Made by a program: the position numbers and the translations under genes
Shown here: positions 7,946 to 17,478 of the stretch, in pieces
Numbering within the stretch: the first letter of the stretch is position 1
Layout of the letters: the number at the start of each line of letters is the position of its first letter
Notes under the pieces: generated by a model
What the model was told of the DNA's origin: nothing
Database searches by the model: none
The model's input: only the letters and a program-made list of their open reading frames with translations
Source of the DNA: Ilumatobacteraceae bacterium
Lineage (GTDB): Bacteria; Actinomycetota; Acidimicrobiia; Acidimicrobiales; Ilumatobacteraceae
Length of the DNA: 45,553 bases
Direction: 5' to 3'
Assembly (NCBI GenBank): GCA_031428795.1
Contig: JANOYI010000002.1
Coordinates: forward strand, 1 to 45,553

Positions 7946-10900
7946 TCAGCCGGACGCTCGTCGAATTCGATCAATCGCATGAGGTGGCCATCGACGCCGC
8001 AGACCGCTCGGCGCCGGTAGGCCCCGCCGCGACGGCATCTCGTCGAAGTAGGCGAGTGCGGCGGCGAGGTCGTCCTCGGCAAACAGGTTGACCGTACGGA
8101 GTTTGCCGTCGGCGCTGCCGTAGACGCCGATGAAGGCGAGCCCGATCCAGTAGTCGCCAGCACCGCCCAGCGTCCACATCGAGCCGGCGAGGACGCACGC
8201 ATCCTCGTTCGCGGCGTGGATGACGCTGTACACGGGTGCGCCCCGCAGCGTCTCGTCCTCGTCGCGGACGTGGAACAAGGCGAGACCGTCCTCGCGGTCC
8301 ATCGTGCCGTAGCCCAGCGGGCGGTGGTCGACCATCGTGAAGTCATCGTGCGTCAGGCGTGTCTGGCCGACGACGTCGCTGTTGCGATGCGCGTCCAGCC
8401 ACTGCCGGATCGACTCCGGCACGACATCGGCCGCAGAGGTCTCCAGGGCGGTTTGTTCGAAGGTGTTCGTCGCGGCGTGCAGGTCGCACTGTTCGAAGAG
8501 GGTGACCCGGACGATCCGGTCGTGTTCGTCGATTTGCTCGACCGACCAGTGTGAGTTCTCGATCCGGGTGAGCGCGAGGCGGTCGCCACGCACGGCGATG
8601 GTCTCGCGCTGCGTCACCCCGTACCCGAGCGTCGCAGGGTCGACGGTGCCGCTGCGCAGGTCGCCGAGGGTGACGGTCGTGCCGTCGATCAACGTGGCCG
8701 TGAAGTCGTCGGCGAGCAGACAAAGGACGTCGCCCGGTTCGCCGCATCGGGCCAGGGTGTTGGCGAGGCCGCCGGCGACCACTGCGTTGTTCACCATCGG
8801 GTCGGCGATGGTCTCGGCCGCCCACCGGCCGGCCAGCGCACGAGCGAGGTGCTCCTGATCGTGTTGAAAGTGGTCCATCTGAGCGATCAATCCGCTCGCT
8901 GGCAGCAATCGCTTGACGGTGACGAAGCGATCCACCAAGTCACCGCCGTGGCGATCGGTGAACTGGAGTCGGGAGTCGAGGAGCACCCCGGTCGGGCCTG
9001 CGAGCTCCACCCGTTTGTTGGTGAAGAGCGCCTCGCCGTCGTACCCGGTGATCGTTGCGAGACCGGCAGCGACGCCGGCTCGGTCCAACTCGCCCCAGCT
9101 GATCGCTCGATGCGTCGTCGACACGACGTAGGGCGCCAGAGTGCTCAGCGCCCTGGCGAGATCGCGGTCGTTCGCGGCGTCGAAATAGGTCAATGTCGCT
9201 TGCAACTGGGCGGCGTCGAGCGGCGACAGGTCCTCTATGTACCACGCGTCCAGCTGGTCGAACGCGGCGCGCAGGGCGGTGAGGTCGTACACGGCGGCCT
9301 CGGTCAGCAGGCCCTCGGTACTCCAGCGGGTGAGCAGGAGGAACTCGAACTCGAAGTCTTGATCTCGGTAGATCCACACGTGTCGCTGCAGCACCAACGA
9401 GTCGCCTCGGACCCCCATTGTTTCGGCGCTCATCGAGACCGGCTGGTCGGTGTAGGCGTGGCTGACCTCGGAGCGGCCCCTGTACGACCCGCCGGTGAGC
9501 GAGCGATGGCTCACCCAGACGACGTCGTCGTCGAGGCACGCTGCCCATTCGTCGAAACGGTCGGCTGATCGGAGATCGATCGCTCGCCGCATCCAGCGAT
9601 CGGCGTCGTTCCAGGGCTCGTCGTCCGGGGTCGGCAGGGCCTCGCTGAGCGCCGGGGCGCTGCCGTCGAGTTCGTGGAAGCGGGCCGTGGCGGCGTCGAG
9701 ATCGTCCTCCGGGAACAGTTCGAAGCTCGTGAGGAGACCGTCTCGCAGCCCGAGCACGGAGAGATTGACCACGCTCTCCCAGAGGTGGCCGGAGGTCGAG
9801 TCCGTGATGGCGGCGACCTTCCAGACCTGGGCTCGTGCGCTGCTGGCGGATACGCATTGAACGACCATTACGTCGAGGGCGTCGGGACCCCACGCGAACG
9901 TCGCCAGGAACCCGTCACGGTCGGATGCCGGGAATCCCAGTGGGCGGTGGTCCTCGACGCGGAACTCGTCGGCTAGGAGCGCTCGCATTGCCGCTTCCTC
10001 CCGGTTCCGCATGGCCCGGTTGGCGCGGAGGACGGTAGCGCTCACGTCGTCGACGTCGAGCTCCTCCCAGCGATCCTCGATGGCGTTCGCGGCCTTGGCG
10101 ATGCTTGCGAACTGACGCACACGTTGCAGGTGGCCGGTGTCGTCGACTTCTTCGACGGACCAGTGACCGGTGCCGTCGTCGAATCCGACGTACAGCATTG
10201 CCAACCGGTCTGTGAGCACAGACATGATTCGTCGGTCGACGACTCCGTAGCCGAGCGCTCTCGGTTCGACCGTGCCCGTGCGGAGGTCGTCGAGGGTGAC
10301 GGTGGTGCTGTCGGTCAGGGTGGCGGTGAAGTCGTCTGCGAACAAGGCGAGGAACTCGTCGAGTGAGGCGGTCCGCGCCCGGGCGTTCGCCACGCCACCC
10401 GTCCGCACGGCGGTGTTCGGCGCAGGGATCACGGCGTCGATCTCCGCCCGAGCGACATCGAAGCAGGCGAACGCCTCGTCGAATTCACCATCGGCGAACT
10501 GGTCAATCCGAATGGTCAGGCCGGTCGCTGGCTCCCAACTCGCAACGATCAAATGGTCATTGACGAGCTGCCCGGCTCCGGCTGTCGTGGCGATCAGACG
10601 GTTGCTGTGGCACCGCTGGGTCGATGACCGACGCCACTCGCGTTGCATCAGCAGGATCTGCGAGTCGGAATTTTCGGTCAACGTTCGCATCCGCTCACGG
10701 AAATCATCGAACCGCGAGTCGTGGCCCCAACCGATCAGGTGGTGGTCGGCCACCACCAAGCTGGGGTGGCAAAACCGCATGATCTGATCGAGGTCTCCGA
10801 CTCGGATCGCTTTCATGAATCGTAGGTTGAAGGCCTCCTCGGCCCCGTCGCTCGGGTCGAGCGTGTCGAGATACAGCCGATCCAGCTCGGCGATCGCCGC

Positions 10901-13900
10901 CCGCAGGTCGTCTGTCTCGAAGACGATCTTGATCAGCTGCAGCCCCCCGGACCAGCGGCTGATGACCAGCGAGTCGAGCCGCGGGCCGGTGGGGTCATCT
11001 CGGCGCGTCCAGTTCATCTCCGAGAGCACGAGATCGTCGCCTCGCGCAGCAATCGTGGTTACATCGCACGACATCGGCCCCATGGTCTCGCCAACGGCCT
11101 TCATCTGCTCGACCACGTCGGCCCTGTTCTCGATGATCATGCGCACACCCGAGCGAAGGTCGGCTCCTCGCACGTCGTCGTCCAGCATCGCTTCCCACGC
11201 CTCGAGGTCTCCTGACGTGAGCAGCTGAGTGTTCTTGCGGAACAACCGGTCCGCTTCGTTCCACGGCTCGTCCGATGGTTCGGCGGGCGACCCTTGGGCG
11301 TGTGAGTTACTTGCTGTCTCTGCGGGAAACGGGGTTGACTTCGACGCACCGGCAGTGAGCTCGACGCTGACAGTCGCGCCCTTCTGGGCGAAGAGCTTCC
11401 GTGCGGCCGACGCAGAGCTGTGGGCGCCGCCGTCGTCACCCGCTGCCGCGCGCACTCGGGCCAGGGTCGAGAGGGCGTTGGCGTGATCGAAGACGAGGTC
11501 GGTGCCGGTCGCCAAGCGGACCGCTTCGTCGGCCAGGGCGAGCGCCCTGCCGACGTCGCCACGGGCGGTCAGGATCTCCGCCTGCGCGGATCGTGCGGTG
11601 ATGGCGGTCTGCAGGTTCTGGCCAGCGAGCGCGTAGCTTTCGGTGGCGAGGTCGTCGGCCTCGCCGAGGTGTCCCTGCAGCAGGAGCGCGCGAGCGAGGT
11701 GGGCGGCGGCCTGGCCGGCGTCGGCGCCGATCCCGAGCTGGCCGAGCCCACCGAACGCGTCGCGCAGATGCGGCACCGCTGCCGCCGGATCATCGGCGAG
11801 CAACTCGACGATCCCCGCGTACAGGCTCGTCTCGAGTAGCCCGTGGTCGAGGCCGAGTTCGAGGCTGGTGGTCCTCGAAGCGTCCAGTAGCGATCGAGCC
11901 GTTTCGAACCGGCCGCGCATCGCTTCGAGCACCGCCTGGCATCGCGACGACGTGGCGACGACCGCCGGAGAGTCCGCAGTGATTCGCGAGAGGCGCATGA
12001 CGTCGAGGCACCGCCCGCCAGCGCGGGCGACCGGGCTCGGACCCCACAGCGCAGCGACCGGCGCACTGCTGAGCACGGTGGTGATGCGTCGTCGATCGTT
12101 GGCAGCGCGCGCCGCCGTGAGCGCGAGATCGAGTTCGGTCTCGGCGGCACCAACCTGACCGAGCCGGGCGAGTGCGCCCGCGCGCACGATGCGGGCCTTG
12201 GCCAACCCGGCCCGATCGCCGAGCGTCTCGAATTGGGCGGCGGCCTCTTCTGTCTGTTCCGTCGCCTGCTGCAACCCGGTCGGGTCGGTCATCACGGCGA
12301 GCTGAGCCGTGAAGCATGTCGCCCATGCAGCCAGTCGGGCATCGCCCTGTGCCCGCCCACCCAGACGCTTAACGAGTGCGACGCCGGTCGTTGTGTCACC
12401 CGCCGACAGCACCGACTCACACGCGAGCACCAGCAGCTCCGAGAGCGAGTCGGCGTCTTCAGCGAGACACTCGATGGCCCGCCGACTGAGACCCGCCGCT
12501 GCCGACAGGTCGTCACGCTCCAAAGCCCGGGTGGCGGCGACGTGCAGGAGCCCGGCCGCCCGCTTGCCGGCCTCGGTGGTGATGGCGTCGTCGTCGCCGA
12601 GCTGGCGCCGGTAGAGCCGTGCCTGTTCGAAGTGGTAGGCGGTCGCCACCTCGAACTCACCCACGAGCCCCGAGGCGGTTCGGTCCATCCAGTCGCCGAC
12701 GCGCAGGTGGAGTTCGGCCCGAGCGCCCTTCAGCAACCGCCGGTACGCGGCATCACGGATGAGGACGTGATGGAAGCGAACGATCGGCTCGTCGCCCCAG
12801 TACGTGCCGGTCGGTTCCACCTGCTCCTTGCGGCGCAGCCGTTCGAGGACCACTTCGAGATCGCGCCGGCCGATCTCCGGCACCAACTCGACGAGCGCGC
12901 CCAGTGGGAACTCCGGCCCGATCACCGACGCCCGCTCCAGCACCCGGCGCTCGACCGGCGGGAGGCGCTCGACGCGGGTGGCCAGCAGCGACTGGATGGT
13001 CGGCGGTACCTCGACGGCGTCGAGGTCGACGGCCAGCTCCCACCGATTCTCGAGCTGGGCGAGGACGCCGTCGTCGACGAGCATGCGGATCAACTCACGT
13101 ACGAACAGTGGATTGCCATCGGTCGAACTCGGCAGCTTGGCCGTCAGCTCGGCGGGAAGGGCGCCGCCACCGAGCAGCTCGGCCGCGAGGAGTTCGGTCG
13201 CCGCCGCGTCGAGCCCGTCGAGCGACACGACAAGCGCCACTCGACGACCCGTCTCGGTGAGAGCGGGTCGGATCTCGCGCAGTTCTGGTCGGGCGAGCCC
13301 GACGATCAGGACCGGCGCCGCCTTGGACCACTCCGCAAGATGCTCGAGCAGATCCAGGAAGAGTGGCTCGGCCCACTGGATGTCGTCGATCACTAGCACG
13401 AGTGGTCGGCGACTGCCGAGCATCTCAACCAGGCGACGCACGCCAAAGAACGCATCCTCCGTCGAGCGCGGTCTGGCGGTGCCGACGAAGCCGCCGAGCA
13501 ACTCGACGACCCGATCGGCGTCCGATTCGCCTCCGACCAGATCGCGTAACGCGGCGACGATCCGCTCCGGAGTATCACCATCATCGAGCCCCGCGACCTG
13601 CTGGAGGAGGTCCACCACTGGAGCGAACGTCGCCGTGCCGGCCCGCTCGCACCTGATCTCCACGATGTCGGCCGCGCCACTCGTGGCATTGCCGAGCTCG
13701 CGAGCCAGCCGGGTCTTGCCGACACCCGGCGATCCGATGACCGTCGCCAGCCGGGCCTGGGAAATCGCCAGCGTCTCGTCGAACAATGCCCGCAGCCGGC
13801 CGAGCTCGTTGTCACGCCCGATGAAGGGCGTCGAGTCGGGCTGCCCGAAACCGCCGATGGCGAACCCGCTGCCGTCGTCGGCCAGCACGAGCTGGAACGT

Positions 13901-14635
13901 GGCAAGCCCGTCGCGCTTGCCCTTGGCCGTCACCTCGACGAGAGGCTCGTAGCCGACGGTCGACCGGGTGAGCCGCCACGTCTCTTCGCCGACCAGCACC
14001 TGGCCCGGCGTGCACGCCGACTCGAGCCGGGCCGCCGTGTTGAGCACGTCGCCGACGAGATCGGCATCGTTGTCGTCGATCACGACCTCACCGGTGTTGA
14101 TCCCGACCCGTAGGCCGACTTCGACGCCGTAACGCGTCCCGATGTGATCACGAACCGGCTCGAAGCCGCGCTGCAGGGCGGCACCGGCGGCGACGGCGCG
14201 GTCGGCGTCGTCTTCGGCCACCTCGGGAACCCCGAACAGGGCCATCACACCGTCGCCGATGAACTTCGCGACCGTGCCGCCGTTGCTCTCGATCACCGAC
14301 TTCGCCATCGCGTGGTACCGGCCCATCGCTTCTCGGGCCGACTCGGTGTCGACGCTCTCGGCGAACGCGGTGGAGCCGACCAGGTCGCAAAAGAGCACGG
14401 TGACGGTCTTGCGAACCGCATCGGAGTCGGAAGGGGTTGCGACCGGTGCCTGCGTCGGGGCGCCACCTGCCGCGGCCGAGGTCCCGCAGCCGTTGCAGAA
14501 GCGGGCGTCGGGGCTGAGCTCACGGTCGCAGGCCGAGCACCGGACGGCGAGCGCCCCACCACAGGCGTCGCAAAAGCGTGAGCCGGCCCTGTTCTCGCGC
14601 CTACACCCCTGGCACTCCAAGCTCGATCCTCCCAA
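7946..14635 (-). CDS. double zinc ribbon / class III adenylate-guanylate cyclase / STAND P-loop NTPase / TPR-like / 8x NTF2-like multidomain protein
   Basis: 2229-aa ORF. CQGC..CDAC and CSAC..CNGC motifs lie in aa 1-52. The cyclase motifs are VTVLFCDLVGST, FIGDGVMALFG and GDVLNTAARLES. Walker A is GSPGVGKT and Walker B is LVLVIDDIQW. A helical-repeat region follows, then two super-repeats of about 550 aa. The track start is TTG 14635, but TTG 14620, preceded by GGGAGGA plus 6 nt, is the more likely start. Confidence 0.85.
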   Translation of the reverse strand: MGGSSLECQGCRRENRAGSRFCDACGGALAVRCSACDRELSPDARFCNGCGTSAAAGGAPTQAPVATPSDSDAVRKTVTVLFCDLVGSTAFAESVDTESAREAMGRYHAMAKSVIESNGGTVAKFIGDGVMALFGVPEVAEDDADRAVAAGAALQRGFEPVRDHIGTRYGVEVGLRVGINTGEVVIDDNDADLVGDVLNTAARLESACTPGQVLVGEETWRLTRSTVGYEPLVEVTAKGKRDGLATFQLVLADDGSGFAIGGFGQPDSTPFIGRDNELGRLRALFDETLAISQARLATVIGSPGVGKTRLARELGNATSGAADIVEIRCERAGTATFAPVVDLLQQVAGLDDGDTPERIVAALRDLVGGESDADRVVELLGGFVGTARPRSTEDAFFGVRRLVEMLGSRRPLVLVIDDIQWAEPLFLDLLEHLAEWSKAAPVLIVGLARPELREIRPALTETGRRVALVVSLDGLDAAATELLAAELLGGGALPAELTAKLPSSTDGNPLFVRELIRMLVDDGVLAQLENRWELAVDLDAVEVPPTIQSLLATRVERLPPVERRVLERASVIGPEFPLGALVELVPEIGRRDLEVVLERLRRKEQVEPTGTYWGDEPIVRFHHVLIRDAAYRRLLKGARAELHLRVGDWMDRTASGLVGEFEVATAYHFEQARLYRRQLGDDDAITTEAGKRAAGLLHVAATRALERDDLSAAAGLSRRAIECLAEDADSLSELLVLACESVLSAGDTTTGVALVKRLGGRAQGDARLAAWATCFTAQLAVMTDPTGLQQATEQTEEAAAQFETLGDRAGLAKARIVRAGALARLGQVGAAETELDLALTAARAANDRRRITTVLSSAPVAALWGPSPVARAGGRCLDVMRLSRITADSPAVVATSSRCQAVLEAMRGRFETARSLLDASRTTSLELGLDHGLLETSLYAGIVELLADDPAAAVPHLRDAFGGLGQLGIGADAGQAAAHLARALLLQGHLGEADDLATESYALAGQNLQTAITARSAQAEILTARGDVGRALALADEAVRLATGTDLVFDHANALSTLARVRAAAGDDGGAHSSASAARKLFAQKGATVSVELTAGASKSTPFPAETASNSHAQGSPAEPSDEPWNEADRLFRKNTQLLTSGDLEAWEAMLDDDVRGADLRSGVRMIIENRADVVEQMKAVGETMGPMSCDVTTIAARGDDLVLSEMNWTRRDDPTGPRLDSLVISRWSGGLQLIKIVFETDDLRAAIAELDRLYLDTLDPSDGAEEAFNLRFMKAIRVGDLDQIMRFCHPSLVVADHHLIGWGHDSRFDDFRERMRTLTENSDSQILLMQREWRRSSTQRCHSNRLIATTAGAGQLVNDHLIVASWEPATGLTIRIDQFADGEFDEAFACFDVARAEIDAVIPAPNTAVRTGGVANARARTASLDEFLALFADDFTATLTDSTTVTLDDLRTGTVEPRALGYGVVDRRIMSVLTDRLAMLYVGFDDGTGHWSVEEVDDTGHLQRVRQFASIAKAANAIEDRWEELDVDDVSATVLRANRAMRNREEAAMRALLADEFRVEDHRPLGFPASDRDGFLATFAWGPDALDVMVVQCVSASSARAQVWKVAAITDSTSGHLWESVVNLSVLGLRDGLLTSFELFPEDDLDAATARFHELDGSAPALSEALPTPDDEPWNDADRWMRRAIDLRSADRFDEWAACLDDDVVWVSHRSLTGGSYRGRSEVSHAYTDQPVSMSAETMGVRGDSLVLQRHVWIYRDQDFEFEFLLLTRWSTEGLLTEAAVYDLTALRAAFDQLDAWYIEDLSPLDAAQLQATLTYFDAANDRDLARALSTLAPYVVSTTHRAISWGELDRAGVAAGLATITGYDGEALFTNKRVELAGPTGVLLDSRLQFTDRHGGDLVDRFVTVKRLLPASGLIAQMDHFQHDQEHLARALAGRWAAETIADPMVNNAVVAGGLANTLARCGEPGDVLCLLADDFTATLIDGTTVTLGDLRSGTVDPATLGYGVTQRETIAVRGDRLALTRIENSHWSVEQIDEHDRIVRVTLFEQCDLHAATNTFEQTALETSAADVVPESIRQWLDAHRNSDVVGQTRLTHDDFTMVDHRPLGYGTMDREDGLALFHVRDEDETLRGAPVYSVIHAANEDACVLAGSMWTLGGAGDYWIGLAFIGVYGSADGKLRTVNLFAEDDLAAALAYFDEMPSRRGLPAPSGLRRRWPPHAIDRIRRASG

Positions 14636-14846
14636 CCCCGAGCGTCAGTCTCGCCGATTGAGGTGCCCAGTGCCAGGACGAAAGCCGAAATGCGCATCAC
14701 CGATCGTTCCTGATCGGAGATCTGAGCGACCGCCGAGGGTCGGTCCACCGCCGACGTCAGGACAGGTGGCCCCTGTGGGTACGGCGTGGGTGTGGAGGCG
14801 GGCGTTGCCGACGCTGTACCGTGTGGGCCGACATTTGGGGGTCGAA

Positions 14847-15137
14847 GTGGCCATCAGGGTGATCGTCGAGTTGAAGGCAAATCCGGGTCAGCGGGATGAA
14901 CTCATTAGTCTGATCGAACGAATCAGGTCGGACGGGCCGCCGATACCCGGATCGCTCGGCGCGACCTTCTACAAGTCAGTCGATGATCCCGACATGCTGG
15001 TCGAAATCGCCGACTGGGTGTCGGCGGACGCGCTGGCAGCCGTCATGACAGTGGCCGAGACGTCTGGTGCGTTTGCGCCGATGTTCGAGCTTCTGGCTGC
15101 CCCGTTCAGAGTCACGACGGTCGAACCGCTGGGCTGA
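14847..15137 (+). CDS. antibiotic-biosynthesis-monooxygenase (ABM)-like small protein
   Basis: About 96 aa from GTG 14847, with GGGGG 7 nt upstream. The sequence IRVIVELKANPGQRDELISLIERI ... LVEIADWVSADALAAV fits a ferredoxin-like ABM fold. The rest of track ORF 14259..15137 is antisense of the big gene. Confidence 0.55.
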   Translation: MAIRVIVELKANPGQRDELISLIERIRSDGPPIPGSLGATFYKSVDDPDMLVEIADWVSADALAAVMTVAETSGAFAPMFELLAAPFRVTTVEPLG

Positions 15138-15321
15138 ACTCGGGCGACTCGCCGGGCTGGCCGGGGTCGACTGGCTCGGCGGAAGGCCGCCGTGCGGCCG
15201 TTCGTCGCCGACCTGACGGCCACACCCAGTGCGCTAACTTTTCTTTTCTTGCCCCGGGCCCGGTCAAGAGCACGGGGACACGCCAGTCACGCGACGGGCT
15301 TTGTCCGAGAAGGAGGCAGCT

Positions 15322-15996
15322 ATGACGACGTTCGTCCTGGTCCACGGCGGGTTCGGAAGCCCCGCCGAGCTGGCACCGGTGATCCCCGAGCTCGAGGCGC
15401 TCGGCCATACCGCATTCGCCGTCGACCTACCCTGCACGGACCCTGCTGCCACGCTCGAGGACTACGCCCAAGCTGTGGTCGACGCCATGATCGGACTCGA
15501 TCCGCCGATCGTGGTCGTTGGCCACTCCGCGGGCGGTGCGACGATCTCGCTGGTGCCCAACCTGACACGCGTCGACGGCTTGGTCTATGTGACCGCCTTC
15601 GTTCCCGAGCCGGGGCGCTCGATCTGGGACATTGGCGGCCCGGAAGTCCGCGAGACCATCCTGGCCATCTCGCGCGATGACGGCAACGGCTGCCGGTCAT
15701 TCGACCTGGAGCTGTTGGCGTCGACTGTGCCACCCGAGGAGCGAGACCCGTATCTCGCGAACCTCAGCGCCACGCAGCGTCCGCAGGGTTGGGCGGCCAT
15801 GGAGCAGCCGTGGCCTGGTCGGTCGTTCCCCGACGTGCCGTGCACCTACGTCCTCTGTACGGAGGACAACGTCTTGCCGCCAGCAACCCAGCGGGAGATG
15901 GCGACCCGTTTGGGGGTGGTGCCCGTCGAGATCGCCTCGGACCATGGGGTCTTCGCGATCCGCCCCCACGACCTCGCAGCGCTGATAGCGGGTTAG
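15322..15996 (+). CDS. alpha/beta hydrolase (esterase-type)
   Basis: GAAGGAGG lies 6 nt upstream of the ATG at 15322. Has FVLVHGGFGS, a GHSAGG nucleophile elbow and a C-terminal SDHGVF histidine motif. Confidence 0.75.
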   Translation: MTTFVLVHGGFGSPAELAPVIPELEALGHTAFAVDLPCTDPAATLEDYAQAVVDAMIGLDPPIVVVGHSAGGATISLVPNLTRVDGLVYVTAFVPEPGRSIWDIGGPEVRETILAISRDDGNGCRSFDLELLASTVPPEERDPYLANLSATQRPQGWAAMEQPWPGRSFPDVPCTYVLCTEDNVLPPATQREMATRLGVVPVEIASDHGVFAIRPHDLAALIAG

Positions 15997-16079
15997 GTCG
16001 ATCCACCCCGTCAGCCTCATGTCGTGGCCTGGCATGGGCGAAGTAGAACGCTCCTGTCGCTGCGCTCCCGCTCGATCAG

Positions 16080-16253
16080 GTGGACGAAATGTTCGATCTG
16101 GGTGTCGAGATGCGCCGCGAACGCGCCCGCCGGGAGGGCCCAATGCTCAGCGAGTCGGCCATCGAAGCGGTCGTCGATGCGTGGCTGTGCTCCCGACCCT
16201 CTGCGCCCATCGGCGACAGCGCAGGTACTGCGTGCACCTGGCCGCGCCAATGA
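16080..16253 (+). CDS. small hypothetical protein, candidate antitoxin/partner of the downstream nucleotidyltransferase
   Basis: 57 aa, below the track cutoff. My translation is VDEMFDLGVEMRRERARREGPMLSESAIEAVVDAWLCSRPSAPIGDSAGTACTWPRQ. Codon third positions are GC-rich. Its TGA overlaps the ATG of the next gene (ATGA at 16250-16253). ATG 16089 is an alternative start. Confidence 0.4.
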   Translation: MDEMFDLGVEMRRERARREGPMLSESAIEAVVDAWLCSRPSAPIGDSAGTACTWPRQ

Positions 16254-16845
16254 CGGTTCTTCTCGACTCGTTGGCTGCTGCGGCCGACGACCTGAGCGAT
16301 CTGCAACGGCCGTTCGCACTCGTTGGTGGATTGGCCGTTTCTCTGAGGGCCGAACCGCGGTCACCCGCGATGCCGATCTCGTCGTGTCCGTTGGCGCAGA
16401 CGACGTCGCTGAGTCAACAATCAACGACTTACTCGCTCGCGGGTACGTCGTCGAGGTCGTTGTGGAGCAGCAGGCTCTCGGTCGGCTCGCGACCGCGCGC
16501 CTTCGCTCGCGCGTGCCCGGCGGTGTCATTGTCGACCTTCTGTTCACTTCCAGCGGCATTGAACCAGAGATCACCCAAGCCGCCGAAGTACTGACAGTTG
16601 CGCGGGAACTGCGCATGCCGGTGGCACGCACCGGCCACCTGATCGCGCTCAAGCTGTTGTCGTCCGATGGGGATCAACGCCGACAGGATCTGGTCGATCT
16701 TGACGAGCTCAAGGCCGTCGCCAGTGCCGACGACTGGACGCTTGCGGCCAGGGCGTGCACCATGATCGTCGAGCGCCGCTTTCACCGAAATCGTGACCTC
16801 CCGCAACTGCTAGCAAACCTTCAGGATCAAGGCGGTCGAAGGTAG
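16250..16845 (+). pseudogene. minimal nucleotidyltransferase-fold protein, frameshifted
   Basis: The N-terminus MTVLLDSLAAAADDLSDLQRPFALVGGLAVSLRAEPR lies in the frame of track ORF 16019. The continuation (V)TRDADLVVSVGADD ... VIVDLLFTSSGIE ... LIALKLLS lies in the frame of ORF 16024. The GG...R.T.D.D NTase motif is split at 16360/16361, which looks like one G lost from CGG(G)TC. Confidence 0.6.
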
Positions 16846-16875
16846 TCGGAGGTGGTTTTCGACCAAGCGTGAGGG

Positions 16876-17184
16876 TCAGCAGCCCAGGGCGTACGCCATT
16901 GCTGAGCAGACGCGCTGCATTGTGGCGTCGTCCAGTTCGCCGACTCGATGCGAGAGAAGCGTTTGCGACACGGTGTGTACGCCATCACAGTTCACTGCCG
17001 ACTCTCGTTCGAGTCCCATCGTGCTGGCCTGCAGCAGCACCTCGGCGCCGATGCCGCGGATGCTGGTAGTGATCTCTGCAACGGTGACAAGTGCTCGTAC
17101 GTCGATGACTTCGGTACGCGTGAGTACGAGCACGGGACGGTGCTTGCGGCCGACCTGTGCCATCCAAATCTCTCCACGTGTCAT
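16876..17184 (-). CDS. mazF: type II toxin, MazF/PemK-family mRNA interferase
   Basis: MTRGEIWMAQVGRKHRPVLVLTRTEVID ... SAVNCDGVHTVSQTLL is a typical PemK/MazF pattern. The ATG at 17184 overlaps the antitoxin stop (ATGA). Confidence 0.8.
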   Translation of the reverse strand: MTRGEIWMAQVGRKHRPVLVLTRTEVIDVRALVTVAEITTSIRGIGAEVLLQASTMGLERESAVNCDGVHTVSQTLLSHRVGELDDATMQRVCSAMAYALGC

Positions 17185-17390
17185 TCGTCGCTCCAAGCCT
17201 CGGCATCGGACCAGAACGCATCCGACTTCTCGGGTATTCGCTGATAGGCCAAACGGTCCGCCTTGGCCAGCGCTTCACGTACTGCAGCAGCGACGCCTTG
17301 TCGCGCCGCCAATGAGATGTTGATGTCGAGCTGTCGGGCCTGATCTGCCAGGGAGTTGTCGAGTGTGAACGTCGTACGAGTCGTCGTCAT
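17181..17390 (-). CDS. mazE: type II antitoxin (MazE-like)
   Basis: 69 aa starting at the ATG at 17390 (MTTTRTTFTLDNSLADQARQLDINISLAARQGV...). It has an acidic C-terminus and is translationally coupled to mazF. Confidence 0.65.
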   Translation of the reverse strand: MTTTRTTFTLDNSLADQARQLDINISLAARQGVAAAVREALAKADRLAYQRIPEKSDAFWSDAEAWSDE

Positions 17391-17396
17391 GCAGCG

Positions 17397-17416
17397 AATG
17401 CTAGCAAGTAATGCTA
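17397..17416 (-). promoter_or_regulatory. AT-rich promoter/operator candidate of mazEF
   Basis: AATGCTA occurs at 17397-17403 and 17410-17416, a 13-nt period, directly upstream of the mazE ATG. On the coding strand TAGCAT lies 7 nt upstream of the ATG, which is compatible with a leaderless transcript. Confidence 0.3.
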
Positions 17417-17478
17417 TCACTATGCGATGGCGCGTGAAGCCGCGTCACCGCCACATGGTCGTGCGAGTTCAGGTCCCG

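Noticed and set aside
12233-13952. 387-aa and 382-aa + strand ORFs (12233..13396 and 12804..13952) inside the giant gene
   Set aside because: Arg/Gly/Ser-rich compositions with no motifs. They are antisense to the NTPase region, which has clear Walker motifs on the minus strand. The same reasoning applies to 8849..9568, 8940..9893, 10272..10787 and similar ORFs.
16017-16652. 211-aa minus-strand ORF overlapping the NTase locus
   Set aside because: Most of it is Arg/Ser/Thr-rich noise. The plus strand carries the NTase GG...D.D motif and ATGA-coupled ORFs. Its C-terminal 50 aa read acceptably, but they are the mirror of the 57-aa plus-strand ORF, which I prefer because of the coupling.
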